A DNA stretch of 64,000 bases from Cyanophora paradoxa CCMP329 (Eukaryota; Plantae; Glaucophyta). The stretch lies in NCBI GenBank assembly GCA_004431415.1, contig QPMI01000252.1, positions 38,309 through 102,308 on the forward strand. Direction: 5' to 3'. This document shows, piece by piece, positions 37,242 through 50,134 of the stretch. The notes under the pieces are model-generated. The model saw only the letters and a program-made list of their open reading frames with translations. It made no database searches and was not told the DNA's origin. The translations under genes and the position numbers were made by a program. Each line of letters begins with the position of its first letter. The stretch's first letter is position 1.

Positions 37242-38930
37242 ATGCGGCTGAAAAAACAACAGGGGTACCGTAGCTTCAGCAGTTAGCCTCCGGTTCGTCA
37301 CGGACCGCCCGGCGTGTGCAGCTGCTATTCGAAGCCTGAGAATAAGCTGCCTCAGCTGCTGCGTCGCTCGGCTGAGCCCCGGCGCAAGTACAGTTCTTCG
37401 CTGCATCTCAAGTCCTTCAAGAACCCCGAAACCGCTACGTATACGCATCGATCCAGAAGCCATGCGTCAGCTGGACCGGTTGGCACACGCCCGCCCAGGC
37501 CTGCTGCTGCTGCTAAGAGCGCCGAAATCAGGGTCCACGCCGAGCTGCTGCTCAAGAGGACGTTCGTGAACGCGGACGGGCAGCACCATGAGCCTCACCT
37601 GAACTCCGATGCCGTCCTGCCCGGCACGATCCGCGTGATGCAGGTGCTCTGTCTACGTCACTCGTACGCATTGGCTGATCGCCGCTGTCCTATGTCCGCA
37701 GGTGATCCGGCCGGTCCAATTGGTGTCTGCCGCGCGTCCCGTAACGATCGCGGCGCGCAGTACAACGTGCTGGCGGACCACTACGCGGCGCCGGGGGACT
37801 TCCCGGCGGCGCCGGCGGCGATCCTCGACTGGGGCTACCGCCGCTGGAAGCTCCTCGAGGAGCTCCTCGTGCGCGAGCCCGACGTCCTCTGCATGCAGGC
37901 CCGCCCCGCCCGCCCGCCCCGCCCGCCCGCCCCCGCCGCTCAGCGCGGGGCCGGCAGGAGGTGGACGCGCCGCACTTCGCGGCCTTCTGGGAGCCGGAGC
38001 TGGCCCTGGCGGGGTACGAGGGCGTGTTCGAGGCGAAGGGGGACGGGCGGGACGGGAGCGCCCTCTTCTTCAAGCGCGCCCGCTTCTCCCTCGCCGCCCG
38101 CCGCCGCCTCGAGTTCCGCTCCGCCGAGGGCAAGGCCCGCCCCCGCCCCGCCCCGCCCCGCCCCCGCCCGCGTGGGCGAGGGAGTTGGGGTGAGCGGGCG
38201 GGGCGGGGCGCAGGTGGAGAACCAGGTGGGCCTGCTGGCGGCGCTGGAGCCGGCGGAGGGGACGCCGGCCCCCGGCCGCCTCGCCGTCGGCGTCGTCCAC
38301 CTCAAGGCCCGCCCGCGCGGGCCGGCGAGGCGGGGGCGGGCTCGGGGCTCAGGGGGCCGGGGCGGGCGCAGGCGTCGGAGGAGTGCGAGCTGGTGCGGGA
38401 GCGGCAGGTGACCCGCGTCCTCGACGAGCTCGAGGCCGCCGCCGCCGACTGGCGCGCCCCCGCCACCCTCCTCGCCGGCGATTTCAACAGCCACCCCGAC
38501 TGGCCGGCCCGCCCCGCCCCGCCCGCCCCGCCCGCCCCGCCCGCCCGCCCCGCGTCGCGCCTGACAGGGGCGGGGGCAGACGTACCGGCGGGTGTACGAG
38601 CACGGGCTGCGGCTGCGGAGCGCGTACGCGGTCTGTGCCGACGCGGGGGCGGAGGCCGTCTACGAGCGCGCCGTGGACGCCGAGCCGCCCCTCACCACCG
38701 CCAAGTTCCGCGACGCCAGCGGCAAGGGGGCGGCCCCCGGGGCGGCGGGGCCGGCGCTGAAGCTGAAGGCGTGCGTGGAGGACTACATCTTCAGCTCGCC
38801 GGCCCTCCGCGTGGCCCGCGTGCTCGCCCTGCCGCCCCTCGCCGCCCTCGGCCCGGGCGCCCTCCCGTCCCCCGTCCAGGGCAGCGACCACCTCGCCCTC
38901 GTCGCCGACTTCCGCCCCGCCCGCCCCTAG
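37242..38930 (+). CDS. Nocturnin/CCR4-like EEP phosphatase (start approximate)
   Basis: IRVMQ|YNVLA, PDVLCMQ|EVD, DGSALFF, VHLK|A, AGDFNS, EPPLTTAKFR, DYIF, GSDHLAL. Confidence 0.87.
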
Positions 38931-39368
38931 CCCTCCCGCCCCCGCCCGCACCGTGGCACCCGCCCCAGCCGGCCCCTGCGCGCAACACGGAGCGGGGCAA
39001 TGCCACAGGGGCGCGCACGAGGGAGCTGCACAAAACCGAGCGGCGCACATTTCTTGCGAGAGAAAACGCATCTCAGAGTCTGATTCTTATATATATACTA
39101 CATCACTGCAGAATAAAATAAGGCTATTACTGGGGAGGTCAGGGGGCAAAATACTCTCTCAAAATGACTAATCAAAGCAACGCGCAAAACTAATAGATTA
39201 CAAGGCCCCGAGACAGGGGGCTCAAAAGGGGCGGCCTGGGAAGGGCCCGGATGAAAGCAAAGGTACTACGGCAGAGGGCGTGGGGATCGCGGGGGTGGGG
39301 CTGGACAAAACTTGAAAGACGAAGGGGGGAAGCGGGGGCTGGGCCCCGAAGGAGGCGGGGCGGGCGGG

Positions 39369-41513
39369 CTAGAGGGCGGGGCTGGCGCCGGCGGCGAGGG
39401 CCTCGAGGAAGCGGGCGGCGTGGGGGGCGGGGGGGCGCATGTCGGGGTCGTCGTCCCAGAGGGCGCGGATGAGGGGCGCGAGGGCGAGGGCCGGGCCCTC
39501 CAGCGCCTCCTCGAGGGGCGGGCGCCGGCCCTCGGCGACGGCGAGGGGGTCGAGGGGCAGCGGCCCGGGCCCCGCGCCGGGGCGCCGGCCCGAGGCCGCC
39601 TCGTAGAGCAGCACCGCGAGGGCGTAGAGGTCCACCCGCTCGTCCGCCGGCTCCCCGCGCAGCACCTCCGGCGCCATGTACGCCAGGCTCCCCTCGCACG
39701 GCAGCACCCGCCGCGCCCCGGCCCCGCGCCCCCCGGCCTCGCCCCCCAGCGCCACCGCGCTCCCGAAGTCGGCGAGGCGCCACTCGCCGTCGGCGCCGAG
39801 CAGCACGTTCTCCGGCTTCACCTGCGCCCGCGCGGGCCCGTCGGCGGGGCGCGGGCGGGCGGGCGGGGCGGGGGGGCGGGGCGGGCGGACGTCGCGGTGG
39901 ACGACGCGCGGCTGGCGCGAGTGGAGGTACGCGAGGGCGCGGGCCACGGCCGCGCCCACCGCGGCCGCCTCGCCGGCGGTGAAGCGGCGGCCGGCGTCGG
40001 CACGGGCGCGGAGGGCGTCGGCGAGGGTGCCGGCGGGGCAGAGCTCGGTGAGGAGGAAGAGGTGCGGGGGGCGGTCGCCGACGGCGAGGAGGCGGGCGAC
40101 GGCGGCGTGGCGGAGGCGCTCGAGCACGGCCGCCTCGTTGCGGAAGCGCTCCACCTCCTCCCGCGTGAACTCCTCGCACCGGTACAGGAACCGCTTCACC
40201 GCCACCCGCTGGCCCCGCCACTCCCCCTCGTACACGTCCGCCGTCGCCCCCGAGCCGATCTGCCGCAGCAGCTGCACCTCGCCCCACGCCGCCCGCGGCA
40301 CGACGTGGTCCGAGGGCGGGTGCGGGGGCGGCAGGGGCGACGAGTGGGCCTTCTGCACGGCGCCGAGCGCCTGGAGCGAGGCCGGCGGCCTCGCCTGCGG
40401 GGCCGGCGGGGGGGCGGGCCCGACGCGGGGCGGGCCGGAGCGGGAGAGGTGCGGCTCCGGGGAGTTGCCCTCGGAGCGGGAGCGCGTGGGGGAGCGGCCG
40501 GTCTCCGCCCCGCCGGGCCCCGGGCGGGCCCTGGGGGCGCGGCGAAGGTCTCGCGCTGGAGGTTGGCCATCCCCTCGAGGGCCACCCGCTCGGCGGCCTG
40601 CCTCAGCAGCGCCGCCCGCACCGGCTCCTGCCGCCGCGGCGACGGGCCCGCCCCGCCTGCAGCCGCCCCGCCGGCGGCGCCTTCGGCATGGGCAGCGGGA
40701 AGGTCGGCGTGCGCGGGAGGTGAGAGGACGACGCCGCGTGCGGCCCCGGCGGGGGCGGGCGGCATCGCTGTCCGAGCCGCGGCGGTCCTCCCAGCCGTGG
40801 CCGGGGCCGGCGAGGAAGGGGTTGGCCCCGCTGGCGAGGAGGAAGCCGCCCTCGGGGCCCCGGGGGGCCGCCCGCGCCCCCGACGCCGAGGCTGCGGCGC
40901 TCGGCGTGCGCGGGGCGAGCGGAGGTCGAGGGCGGAGCTGCCGGCGCGGTGGCTCGCCGGGCTGCCGGCCCGAGACGAGGCGGCGCCGGCGTGGAGGGCG
41001 TTGAGCGAGCGCGGCGCCCCCGGCGCGAGCTGCGGCAGCTGCACCGACGGCGGGCCCGACGCCGCCATGTGCGCCGGAGCCTCCGCGTACGCTGCGCCCC
41101 GGCGTGAGCCACCGCCCCGCGCGCGGAGAGGCGGCAAGGGGTTCCGCACCCGGCGCGTGGTTCAGGGGGACGCGGAGGGGCAAGGGGACGGAGGCGCCGC
41201 GCCTGGCGCGGCTGGCGAGGTACTCCGAGATGTCGGAGCCGCGGCGGAAAGGCATCGGCCCGGGCCCCGCCTCCTCGTCAGAATCGGACGAGTGCAAGCG
41301 GTCGTCCAGGTGGAGGATCTGCGGCCCCTGCAGCTCCCCTGGCCGCCAGCCATCGAAAACCGGCACGCTCGGGGCCAGCAAGGGCGTGGCCAGCCGCGAC
41401 AGCGGAGTCGGAGGAGGGCCATGGCCAGCGATCGAGGCCCGCCGCCCGTACAAGGCAGGCTGTTTCTGGGGCGGGAGCCAAGCCGGATCGTAGACTCCGA
41501 TATCGTTGGTCAT
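39369..41513 (-). CDS. TKL-group protein kinase with low-complexity N-terminus
   Basis: IGSGATADVYEGEWRGQRVAVK, HRD|VKPEN, ADFG, YMAPE, DLYAL. Confidence 0.9.
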   Translation of the reverse strand: MTNDIGVYDPAWLPPQKQPALYGRRASIAGHGPPPTPLSRLATPLLAPSVPVFDGWRPGELQGPQILHLDDRLHSSDSDEEAGPGPMPFRRGSDISEYLASRARRGASVPLPLRVPLNHAPGAEPLAASPRAGRWLTPGRSVRGGSGAHGGVGPAVGAAAAARAGGAALAQRPPRRRRLVSGRQPGEPPRRQLRPRPPLAPRTPSAAASASGARAAPRGPEGGFLLASGANPFLAGPGHGWEDRRGSDSDAARPRRGRTRRRPLTSRARRPSRCPCRRRRRRGGCRRGGPVAAAAGAGAGGAAEAGRRAGGPRGDGQPPARDLRRAPRARPGPGGAETGRSPTRSRSEGNSPEPHLSRSGPPRVGPAPPPAPQARPPASLQALGAVQKAHSSPLPPPHPPSDHVVPRAAWGEVQLLRQIGSGATADVYEGEWRGQRVAVKRFLYRCEEFTREEVERFRNEAAVLERLRHAAVARLLAVGDRPPHLFLLTELCPAGTLADALRARADAGRRFTAGEAAAVGAAVARALAYLHSRQPRVVHRDVRPPRPPAPPARPRPADGPARAQVKPENVLLGADGEWRLADFGSAVALGGEAGGRGAGARRVLPCEGSLAYMAPEVLRGEPADERVDLYALAVLLYEAASGRRPGAGPGPLPLDPLAVAEGRRPPLEEALEGPALALAPLIRALWDDDPDMRPPAPHAARFLEALAAGASPAL

Positions 41514-42219
41514 TGTTTGCTCAGCCTGGCATCTTCAAGTCTTGCTGTTTCGAAAACCAGATGAGGCGCGGTCAGTCGCTGGGCTCGCCGCTGCAACGGG
41601 CTGGCTCGAGCCTGCAGCATACAAGAGATCCTACAACCCACAAACGAGAAGCCTCAAGGTCGTAGGGCTCGCTGGACTGCGGGCCGGCGGGGGCTATCTG
41701 CCACGCGGCTGTGAGCTGGAGCTGGGGTGGCCGACTCGGCGAGGGCTGCGCAGCTGAGATCGCGGGCGGCCGCTCGCGCTCTCATGCAACGCTCATGATC
41801 AGCGGCGCCGGCTGCAGATCAAGATCAAGAGGAGGACCTAGGCCTGGAGAGGCAGCAACAGGGCGATCCAAATCTGGAGGCAGTACCCCAAGCAGCTCCC
41901 CAAACGAATTCCACTGGCTTTCAAGCCGGCGGCTAGCCGGCGGCGCCCGGCGCCGAACACGAATTCGAACACGTCCCGATCGCGGACTCTCGAGCTCGAG
42001 TCTCGACGTGGAGAATCGCCGGATCCGGAGATTGATCAGAGGTGATCGCGACCGTTCGAGCTCGAGGCTCACAGAGATTTTTTTGCTTTCGCAGCAGCGA
42101 AAGACAAATCTGAGCACCCCTCTCGCCTGACCCCCCCCAACACCTTTTGCTCGGGTACGCGAAACAGACTCGCCGCGCCACTTCCCCGGGTCGTCGTATT
42201 TAGCCGTATTCGCTACGAG

Positions 42220-42654
42220 ATGTTCGCTTCGAGGATCATGGCAGTAGTCCGGGGCGCCGCGACCGGCGCGGCAAAGCCGGCGCCCAAGGCCGCCGCCGCC
42301 GCCGCCGCGAAGCCGGCGACCAGCTCCAACCGCGGCGCGGCGCTCCTCGTGCCGCTCAAGCCGTCCCCGCAGCTCGCCGAGGTCATCGGGACGTCCGCCC
42401 CTCTTCCCCGCGGGGAGGTCGTTAAGCGCGTCTGGGAGTACATTCACAAGCACAAGTTGCAGAACGAGGCCAACAAGCGCGAGGTCAAGTGCGATGCCAA
42501 GTTGACGCGGGTTTTCGGCACCTCTATTGGTGAGCCGCTGCACGAGGGCGCCCGCCATCCCGCAGGATCCCTCGCTGCGCGTGCGCTCACTGTTCGCTGC
42601 GCAGTCACGATCACTGGCATCCTCGGCGGCGTCTCGAAGCATTTGACGAAGTGA
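42220..42654 (+). CDS. Stand-alone SWIB/MDM2-domain protein, probably organelle-targeted
   Basis: PLKPSPQLAEVIG..LPRGEVVKRVWEYIHKHKLQN..KREVKCDAKL; one 75-nt GT-AG intron at 42530-42604. Confidence 0.88.
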   Translation: MFASRIMAVVRGAATGAAKPAPKAAAAAAAKPATSSNRGAALLVPLKPSPQLAEVIGTSAPLPRGEVVKRVWEYIHKHKLQNEANKREVKCDAKLTRVFGTSIGEPLHEGARHPAGSLAARALTVRCAVTITGILGGVSKHLTK

Positions 42655-42807
42655 TGGTGATGCCACCATCCGATGTCCGCTCGTAGCCACACATAATCGC
42701 TTCGCACAGAATAGTCGTGTCTCTTTTAGTACATATCTTGCCTGCGTTTGACGTTCTTTGAAACCAGCTAATCTAGCCTAAACAAGCTGCGGCTTCTCCT
42801 ACGGGGT

Positions 42808-45581
42808 TCAGATGACGACGTTGAGGTTGACGCGGAGCCAGGAGAGGAAGACGGACGGGTAGGAGTAGTCCCGCCAGCGGGGGTCCGAGACGAACTGGGG
42901 CGGGGCGGGGTGAACGCGCGAGCGGGGCGCGGGGCGGGGCGGGGGCACCTTCTGGAGGCTCTCCTTGAGCTCCTGCATGGACATGTAGGAGAGGTGCTCG
43001 TTGGGGTTCCACGAGTCCTGCAGGCGCGCGTTGGCGGGGGCGCGCGGGGCGGGGCGGGGCGGGGCGGGGCGGGGCGGGCCTTGTAGTTGAAGAACTTGGA
43101 GTGGACGAGGTAGGCGCGGGGCATCTCGATGATGAGCTCCCAGGGGCGGTACTCGAAGACGCAGTGGTTCAGCACGAACGTCGAGTACACGATCCGGTGC
43201 AGCATCTGCCCGCCCCATCGGCAGCCGCCGGGGCGCGGCCGGGGGCGCGGCCTCGGGCGGCGCGGGGCGCTGCGCACGCGCTGCGCGTAGTGCCAGTTGC
43301 TCTCCTCGCGGGAGAAGTGGTACACGGAGTGGTCGAAGCCCGTCGTCGCCGCCGAGCACCCGTCCGCCGAGCGCACCCACAGGCGCGGCTTGTAGAAGGA
43401 TCGCACCTGCTCCCCTTCAGGCTCGCGCGCGGGGGCGGGGCGGGGCGGGGCGGGGGCGGGCCCGCTGGAGGTAGTCGAGCCAGCGGTCGTCGCCGAGCTT
43501 GTAGAGGGCGTTGCCGTTGATGTGGAAGTCCATCTGCCCCGCCTCAGGGGCGGTGCTGGGGGCGGGGCTGGCGGGGCGGGGCGGGGGGCGGGGCGGACGT
43601 AGGCGTAGTCGCCGCCGCACTGGGAGACGGAGCCCTTGAGCCAGAAGTCGTTGCGGTCGAAGGTCTCCTCGTAGACGGCGTCGAGCCAGTAGCGCTTGAT
43701 GGGGCGCACGTCGGGCTCGAAGAGGAAGAAGTACTTGTACGTGCGCGCCATCATCGGGTTCTGGAAGAGGTGGTAGAACTGGTAGCACGTCCCTGCGCCC
43801 CGCGACGCCCCTCCCTCGTTCGCCCCGCCCCGCCCGCGGCGCGCGAGGGCAGCGGGGGGCGGGGGCGGACCGTCGGGGTGCCCGTCCATGTCCTCCGTGA
43901 GGTACCCCGACACGAACTTGATCTCGTCGAAGCAGCGCCGCACCTGCCGCCGCCCCCCGCCGTGAGCCCCGCGGCAGCCGGGGCGGGGCGGGGCGGGCCT
44001 TGGGCATGGCCTCGAGGCCCTCGACGAGCTTCTGGACGAGGTGGTGCGTGTCGCTCGTCTCGAGGTCCTGCCCCGCGCGTCAGGGCCGGCTCGGAGGGCG
44101 GGGCGGGGCGGGGGCGGGGGCCTTGTTGAAGAAGTAGATGATGTCGACGTCCTGGCCGTAGCCCTTGGCGAGGTCGCAGGGGAAGGCGTGCTCCTCCTCG
44201 TACGACTTCTGCACCCACAGCAGCAGGTCGATCTGCTCCGGGATGAACGGCCGCACCAGCGCCAGCCGCTTCCGCTCCCCCTCCGTCGACCGCGTCTCCT
44301 CGCTGCACTTCTCCTGCCGCCGCAGCAGCGTCCCCTTCTCCTCCCCGTCCTCGTGCTCCCCGGAGGCCCCCTCGCAGCGCGCCACCATCAGCTGCCGCCC
44401 CGTCAGCGGCGCGGGGCGGGGCCGGGCGAGGCAGGGTGGGGGGCGGGGGGGGGCGGGCCTCGAGGGAGGCGTAGTTGCCCTGGGAGGGGGCGCCGGACTC
44501 GCTCATGATCTCGAAGACGACGGAGGTCTGGGCGTCCAGGTCCATGTCGTGGGAGAACTTGCCCGCCGAGCGCGACCCGACCCCCTCCGCCACCACCGTC
44601 TGCCCCCGCCGCCCCCGCCCCCTCGGCCCCGCACCCCACGCCCCCTCCACCCGCCCCCGCGCACCCACGCGTCCGAGAGGTACGTGCTCGCCGCGTTCAG
44701 GTTGAACGACATGCCCGCCGCCACTCGCCACTTGCACGTGTTCCCCACGTTCGAGATCGTCCCGAAAATCCGGTACCTGCGCGGCGCGCGTGAGGGAGCG
44801 CTCTGCAGTCGGGAAGCGCGCTGCGGTGCATGCTACCTTCCCGTTGTCTCAACGGTGTAAACAAATGCGGCGCGGCCGCCCTACGAAGCGATGCCCGGCT
44901 CAGCGACGCGCAGACGAGAAGCGCTCGCAGGCGTACGGGTGCGGAGATTTTGACACCCGTCCCTGGAGGCGCCAGATGGTCCGGCTTGTGGTGGATGGTG
45001 CAGGTCATGGGCAGTTTCCTGAGCACGATCAAATTCAGATGCCCCGCGACAGAAAGGGAGGGGCAAGGAACGCACGTCTCCGGATCCTTGCAAGCCTCGA
45101 AGCCTCCGACCCAATTTCCATCAATGCGCGCGGTGAGCAGCACGTTCTTGCGCTGCTGGGGAGAGTCGAGGCCCCAGTACGAGCCCCAGCCCGCAGCGTA
45201 GCGATTGATGGCGCTCTCGTAGTTTCGGACATTGCTGTACATGATCTCGAACATCGGATTGCCGGCCTTGCGGTGCTTGGCTGGAGGAGGGATGGAGGGC
45301 AGGCCGACAACGCTGTGCGCGTTGATGCTGCGCGCCTCATGGCCTCCCCTCTCCTTCGGGCTCACAACTGCTGGAGGCTGCGGTCTGGTGTTGCTCACGA
45401 TCTTCTCAGCGCCGCCGCTCGACCCGCGTGGCACCAGGAAGGCGAGGACCGCCGCGCCAAACAAGATGCCGTAGCAGAAGCCGAGCAGCGACTGCCGCGT
45501 GATCCGAAAGCCTTGCTGAACTTTCGCTTTGGGGTCATACTGCACGCGGGCCGCGGAGCCGCCGCGCGGACTGGCGCCCAT
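42808..45581 (-). CDS. Type II membrane protein with uncharacterised glycosyltransferase-like C-terminal domain
   Basis: One N-terminal TM (FCYGILFGAAVLAFLV), a stem, then YFFLFEPDVRPI..WL..FWLKGS..HINGNALY..FD..LVH. Confidence 0.65.
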
Positions 45582-45990
45582 CGTCGAGCGGTGGCGCCGC
45601 TCGCGCCGGGCAGCGCTGTCCGCTCAACGCTCGCGTGATAGCGCTGCGGCTGCGCTGCTTGTCTTCGCTTGCGAGAGAGGCCGCTGAAGGCGGTTGGCGG
45701 GGGTACAGGCGATCACAGCTGCTGCAGCTTCTCGGCCACTATCTGCAACCACCGCGGCCAGCGAACGAAATCGTGGCAGCACGCGCGCGCCACATCCGAC
45801 AGAAAAGATCGACAGACACAGCCCCGAGACTGATAATTCGTTTAATTCTAGCTACAGCTTCTTATCTCGCACCCCAGCTGCACCGCGCGGAGCTTTTATC
45901 CCGGATCTCCGGCGGATGCGCCGGTCCAGCGGATCTGTGCCTGCGTCGCAGGAGTTAGAGAGGCTAGCGTTGACGTCTCCTCTTGACATC

Positions 45991-47204
45991 ATGGTCGAGT
46001 GCATGCCGTCGTGCGAATTCCTGCTCGAGGACCGCCCGCAGAAGCGTGCGCGCGCCGCGCGCACCGGTCCTGTACGCCGAGTCGATTCGGGCTGGTGACG
46101 CTGGCGCAGACCTGGAGCGGTCGCTGGAGCGGGAGCTGCGGCTTGCGGAGTCGGAGCGGTCGCTGCGGGCGGCGCAGCAGCGGGAAGCGATGAGCTCGAC
46201 GGTGGCCATGCTGAGGCAGCTGGTCGCGATGGCCCACGCGCGCCGCCGCGAGAACGAGAGCCTCTGCGCCGACCTAGCCGCCGCCTCCGTCGCACTGGAA
46301 GCGGTACACGCGGCCCCCGGCTCGCGCCGCCGGGCCGAAGCACAGCCAGCTGACCGCGAGGTAGGGGAGGAGCGCGATGGAGCGGCTGAGCGCGGCGCTG
46401 GCGGCGGCGCAGCGGGAGCGGGATGAGGCGCTGAGGCGGGCGGGGGAGGCGGAGGTGCTGCGCGCCGGCGCCCTGCGGGAGCGCGACGAGGCGCGGCGCG
46501 AGCGCGACGAGGCCTTGCGAAGAGCCGCCGAGGCCGAGGAGGTGCGAGCGTCGGCGGCGGGGGGAGCGCGCCTGCGGCGGCGGCTGCGCTGAGGGCGGGG
46601 GGGCGGGGCCAGGAGGGGGCGGAGCTGCGGGCGCGCTCGGAGAAGATGGAGCGGTTCCGGCGCTGGCTGGCGGCAGAGCTGCGGACGTACAAGGAGGGGT
46701 CCCGCGCCGCCGACCCCATCCTCCACGCCGCCCTTGGGCAGCTCTCCGCCCGCTCCCTCCGCCCTGAACCCGGCCCCGCCGCGCCCCCCGCCCCGGGGCG
46801 CGGGGCGGCTCGGGAGCCCGGCCTCGCGGAGCTGCACGCCGCCGCCCGTGGACAGCGTGCGCCCCGCCCCGCCGTGCCGCGCTCTGCCGCCGCCCCTCCG
46901 ACCCGGCCCCGGCGCGCATGCGCAGCTGCTGGCGTCGCCGGAGCGGGCGGGGGGCGCGGCAGAACCGGGGACCCCCGAGCCTGAGCTGGAGCTGCATGCG
47001 GGGACGGAGGAGCAAGTCGAGCTCTTTCACGCGCAGCGCGGGGCGGGGCGCTGGCACCTCTTCGCGGCCTGCGCGGCGTCGGAGGCGGGGGCGGGGCAGC
47101 ACGCCGTGCACGTGGAGCGCGAGCTCGTCGCCCCGCACGCCTTCGAGCTCCGCCTCCGACGCCGCTCCATCTGCCCCGCCTGCCTCGCCCTCGTCGCCAA
47201 GTAG
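45991..47204 (+). CDS. Hypothetical coiled-coil protein
   Basis: Spliced exons with heptad-like E/R/A-rich segments (LERSLERELRLAE, ERDEALRRA repeats); C-terminal ICPAC. Confidence 0.55.
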
Positions 47205-47433
47205 CCGCGCCACCGCCCCGCCTGCAAGCCTCCCCCGGTAGGCCCGCTTCGTGCATGATGCGTGCAAAGCTGAGCGTTCTGGCGTTCGGCGCGTGCGCGT
47301 GAGCCGGCGTCGCAGGTCCTCTTGGGCCCAGAGTGCCACAGACGGGCGAGGGAGGGCACGGGAGGGGGCCAGAAGGAGAGGGGGTGGAAGCGGGGCGGGG
47401 GCGGGGCGGGGCGGGGGGCCGGGGCGGGAGGCG

Positions 47434-49999
47434 CTAGTTGAAGGAGAAGGGGCGGAGGAGGTTGAAGAGGTGCTGGATCTGCTGCTGGAAGAGGGCCGAG
47501 GCGTCCTCGAGGATGGAGGTCATCTCGGGGGCCATCCGCCCCTCGAGCGCCCCCAGCAGCGTCGCGTGCGTCTCGCAGCCCTCGGCGGGGGCGTAGTTGC
47601 AGCCCTCGGTCGCCTCGTCGCTGCTCTGGGTGACGACGCACTTGGAGGAGGCGGTCTCGGGCTCGGGCTCGAAGAGGACGGTGGTCCAGGGGAACTGCTG
47701 CCGCGTGGGGTAGATCCACTTGGTGTTCTGCTGGAGGCGCACGAGGAGGCGCTTGTCGCCGAGGCCCTGGTTCCACTTGCTCGAGGCGACGTTGTAGACC
47801 TGCGCCACGCGCGCCACCGCGTAGTGCGCGTCCCGCTCCAGCGCCGCCTGCTTGGGCGTGATGTCCTCCAGGAAGCGCGCGTCCCAGTCCACCGGCGTCA
47901 CGTTGAACCCGCTCTTCGAGAGCCGCTGCCCCGCCCCCGCCCTTGTCAGCCCCGCGCCGGGGGCGGGGCGGGGGCGGGGGCGGGGCGCGGGGGGCGGGGA
48001 CGGACGAGGAGGAGCTGGCTGGGGGAGGTCTGCACGCCGATGATGTCCTTGAGCTCGTCGACGGCCGGCTGGACGACGGCGACGGCCCCCTCCTCCACCT
48101 GGATCTGCACCTGGCACGTGTGCAGCTCCAGCGTGAGCAGCGCCCGGTTGCGCCCGTTGGGCTCCAGCGTCCAGGAGAGGTAGGGGAGGTCGAGCTGGCG
48201 GCTCTGCAGCAGGGCGATGTGCGTGAGGGCGGACGTCGTGAAGCTGACCGCCCGCGTCTCCGCCGTGAAGACCACCTCCGACGCCTCCTCCCGCCACTGC
48301 TTCTCCTCCTGCCCCCCCGCCCCCGCTCGCTGGGCCCGGGGCCGGGGCCGGGGGCCGGGGGCGGGCGCACGGGGTCCCAGTGGCCGACGCGGGGCTTCTC
48401 CTCGCGGAGGAGGACGGCCGGCGGCAGCACGTACGTCACCTTCATCGGCGGCGCCGTCGCCGCCGACGGCGCCACCGACAGCGCCGGCGCCACCCCGCCC
48501 GCCCCGCCCTCCCCGCCCGCCCCCGCCGGCGCCGCCGCGGCGCCGCCCTGCGGGGGGATGGGGTACGGGAGCCGCTGGACGTTGGTGGCGAGGGCGGTGA
48601 CTGCGGGGGGCGTGAGGGGCGGCGGCGGGGCGGGCGCGCGGCGGGCGAGGAGGGGGGTCGCACCGTGGCGGATGGTCCAGCCGCGGGCCTTCTTCGGGGG
48701 CGGCGGCAGCGCGAGCAGCTCCAGGCTGATCACCGGGCCCTGCGCGGAGTGAGCGCCGGGGCGCGGGCCAAGGCTGGGGTTGGCGGGGCGGACGAGGACG
48801 GAGAGGCCGTTGGGGTGGTCCTGGGAGAAGGGGTCGTACGAGGTGGCGAAGGCGCGGATGGCGATGGGCGCGAGGGCGAGGCCGCGGGGCAGCTCGCTCG
48901 TGATCCCCAGCTCGGGGTACTCGATCTGCTTGACGCGGGGGTTCTTGGCGAGGTTGACCCAGAGGCCGAACTTGAAGTCGTCCGTCTGGCCCCACAGCTG
49001 GCACTCGTTCTTCGCGTTCGCGTGCTCGTCCGCGTACTGCCCCCCCGCCCCCTCAGCCCCGCCCCGCCCCGCCCCCCGCCCCGCCCCGCGCGGGGTGGCG
49101 GCACCTGGATGAGGTGGGCGGTGCACTGGTCCATGCGGGTGGTGATGAGGTCGCGGATGCGGGTGAGGTGCGCGCGCGAGCGCTCCAGCTCCCGCTCGTC
49201 GTGCCGCTCCGCCGCGTGCGCCATCATACGCTCCAGGTCCTTGCAGATCTGCGCCCCCCGCTCGCCCCGCCCCCCCGCCCAGCGCCCCGCCCCCTGGGCC
49301 CCGCCGCACCTCCTCCGCATACTGGAACTCCTTCATGCAGGTTGCCAGCCGCCGCTCGCCGGCCTCGTTCCAGAGGTTGTAGTACGTCCGCACGTCCGCC
49401 TCGTCGTCCGCCTGCGGCCGCTCCATGCACTCCAGGTACTTCCGCCACTGCCGCCCCCGTCAGCCGCCCCGCCCCCCGCCCCGCCGCCCGTCCCGCCCCC
49501 TGCCCCGCCGCACCGACTCGACGACCTCGATGTCCTTCTCGGCGCGCTTGATCCTGTCATAGTATATCTCACGCTCCTTCGCCGCCAGCGGCGCCTCCTC
49601 GCCCAGGCGCTGGACCTCCTGTGCTCGCCGGATAGCCTCCTGCTCCCGCCGCTCCTTCTCGAGCCGCTCCTGCTCCTTGCGCTCCTTCTCTAGCCGAGCC
49701 TCCTCTAGCCTCTGCGCCGCCTCGGCCTCGAGGCGCTGGCGCTCTGTGTTGCGGCAAGCTCAGCGACTACCCAGTCGAGGGCAGACGGGCCCTAGGCGGA
49801 CCTAGCTCGGCTTCGATCTCCTTCTTGGACTTCTTCTTCTTCTTTCCCTGCAAGATCACGCGCGGGCGTCAGCTCCCGAGCGAGCGCATGGGCCCAAATG
49901 CGCCCACCTTCTTCGGAGGCTGCAAAACGCCGCGAAAGAAGAGCGAGGCGTTAGCTACGCGAATGCACGGCCGCCGGGCGGCGGGCGGCGACGCACCAT
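47434..49999 (-). CDS. DNAI7: Axonemal dynein intermediate chain 7 / CASC1 / IC97 (CFAP94)-like
   Basis: M|PPKK|GKKKKSKKE followed by an E/R coiled coil; WRKYLECMERP; FGLWVNLAKNPR; LPPPPKKARGW; DLPYLSWTLEP; ASSKWN. Confidence 0.8.
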
Positions 50000-50134
50000 T
50001 TTTACGCGTTCGTATGGGGGGAATGAGGGCCAGCGGGGTAGAGGGTGTGATCGCGCATCAATCGGGCGATCAGCGCGCGCCCTGCGGCATTGTTCGATTT
50101 TCGAGTCGATCGGCTTCGTTTTTAGACCGCGAAA

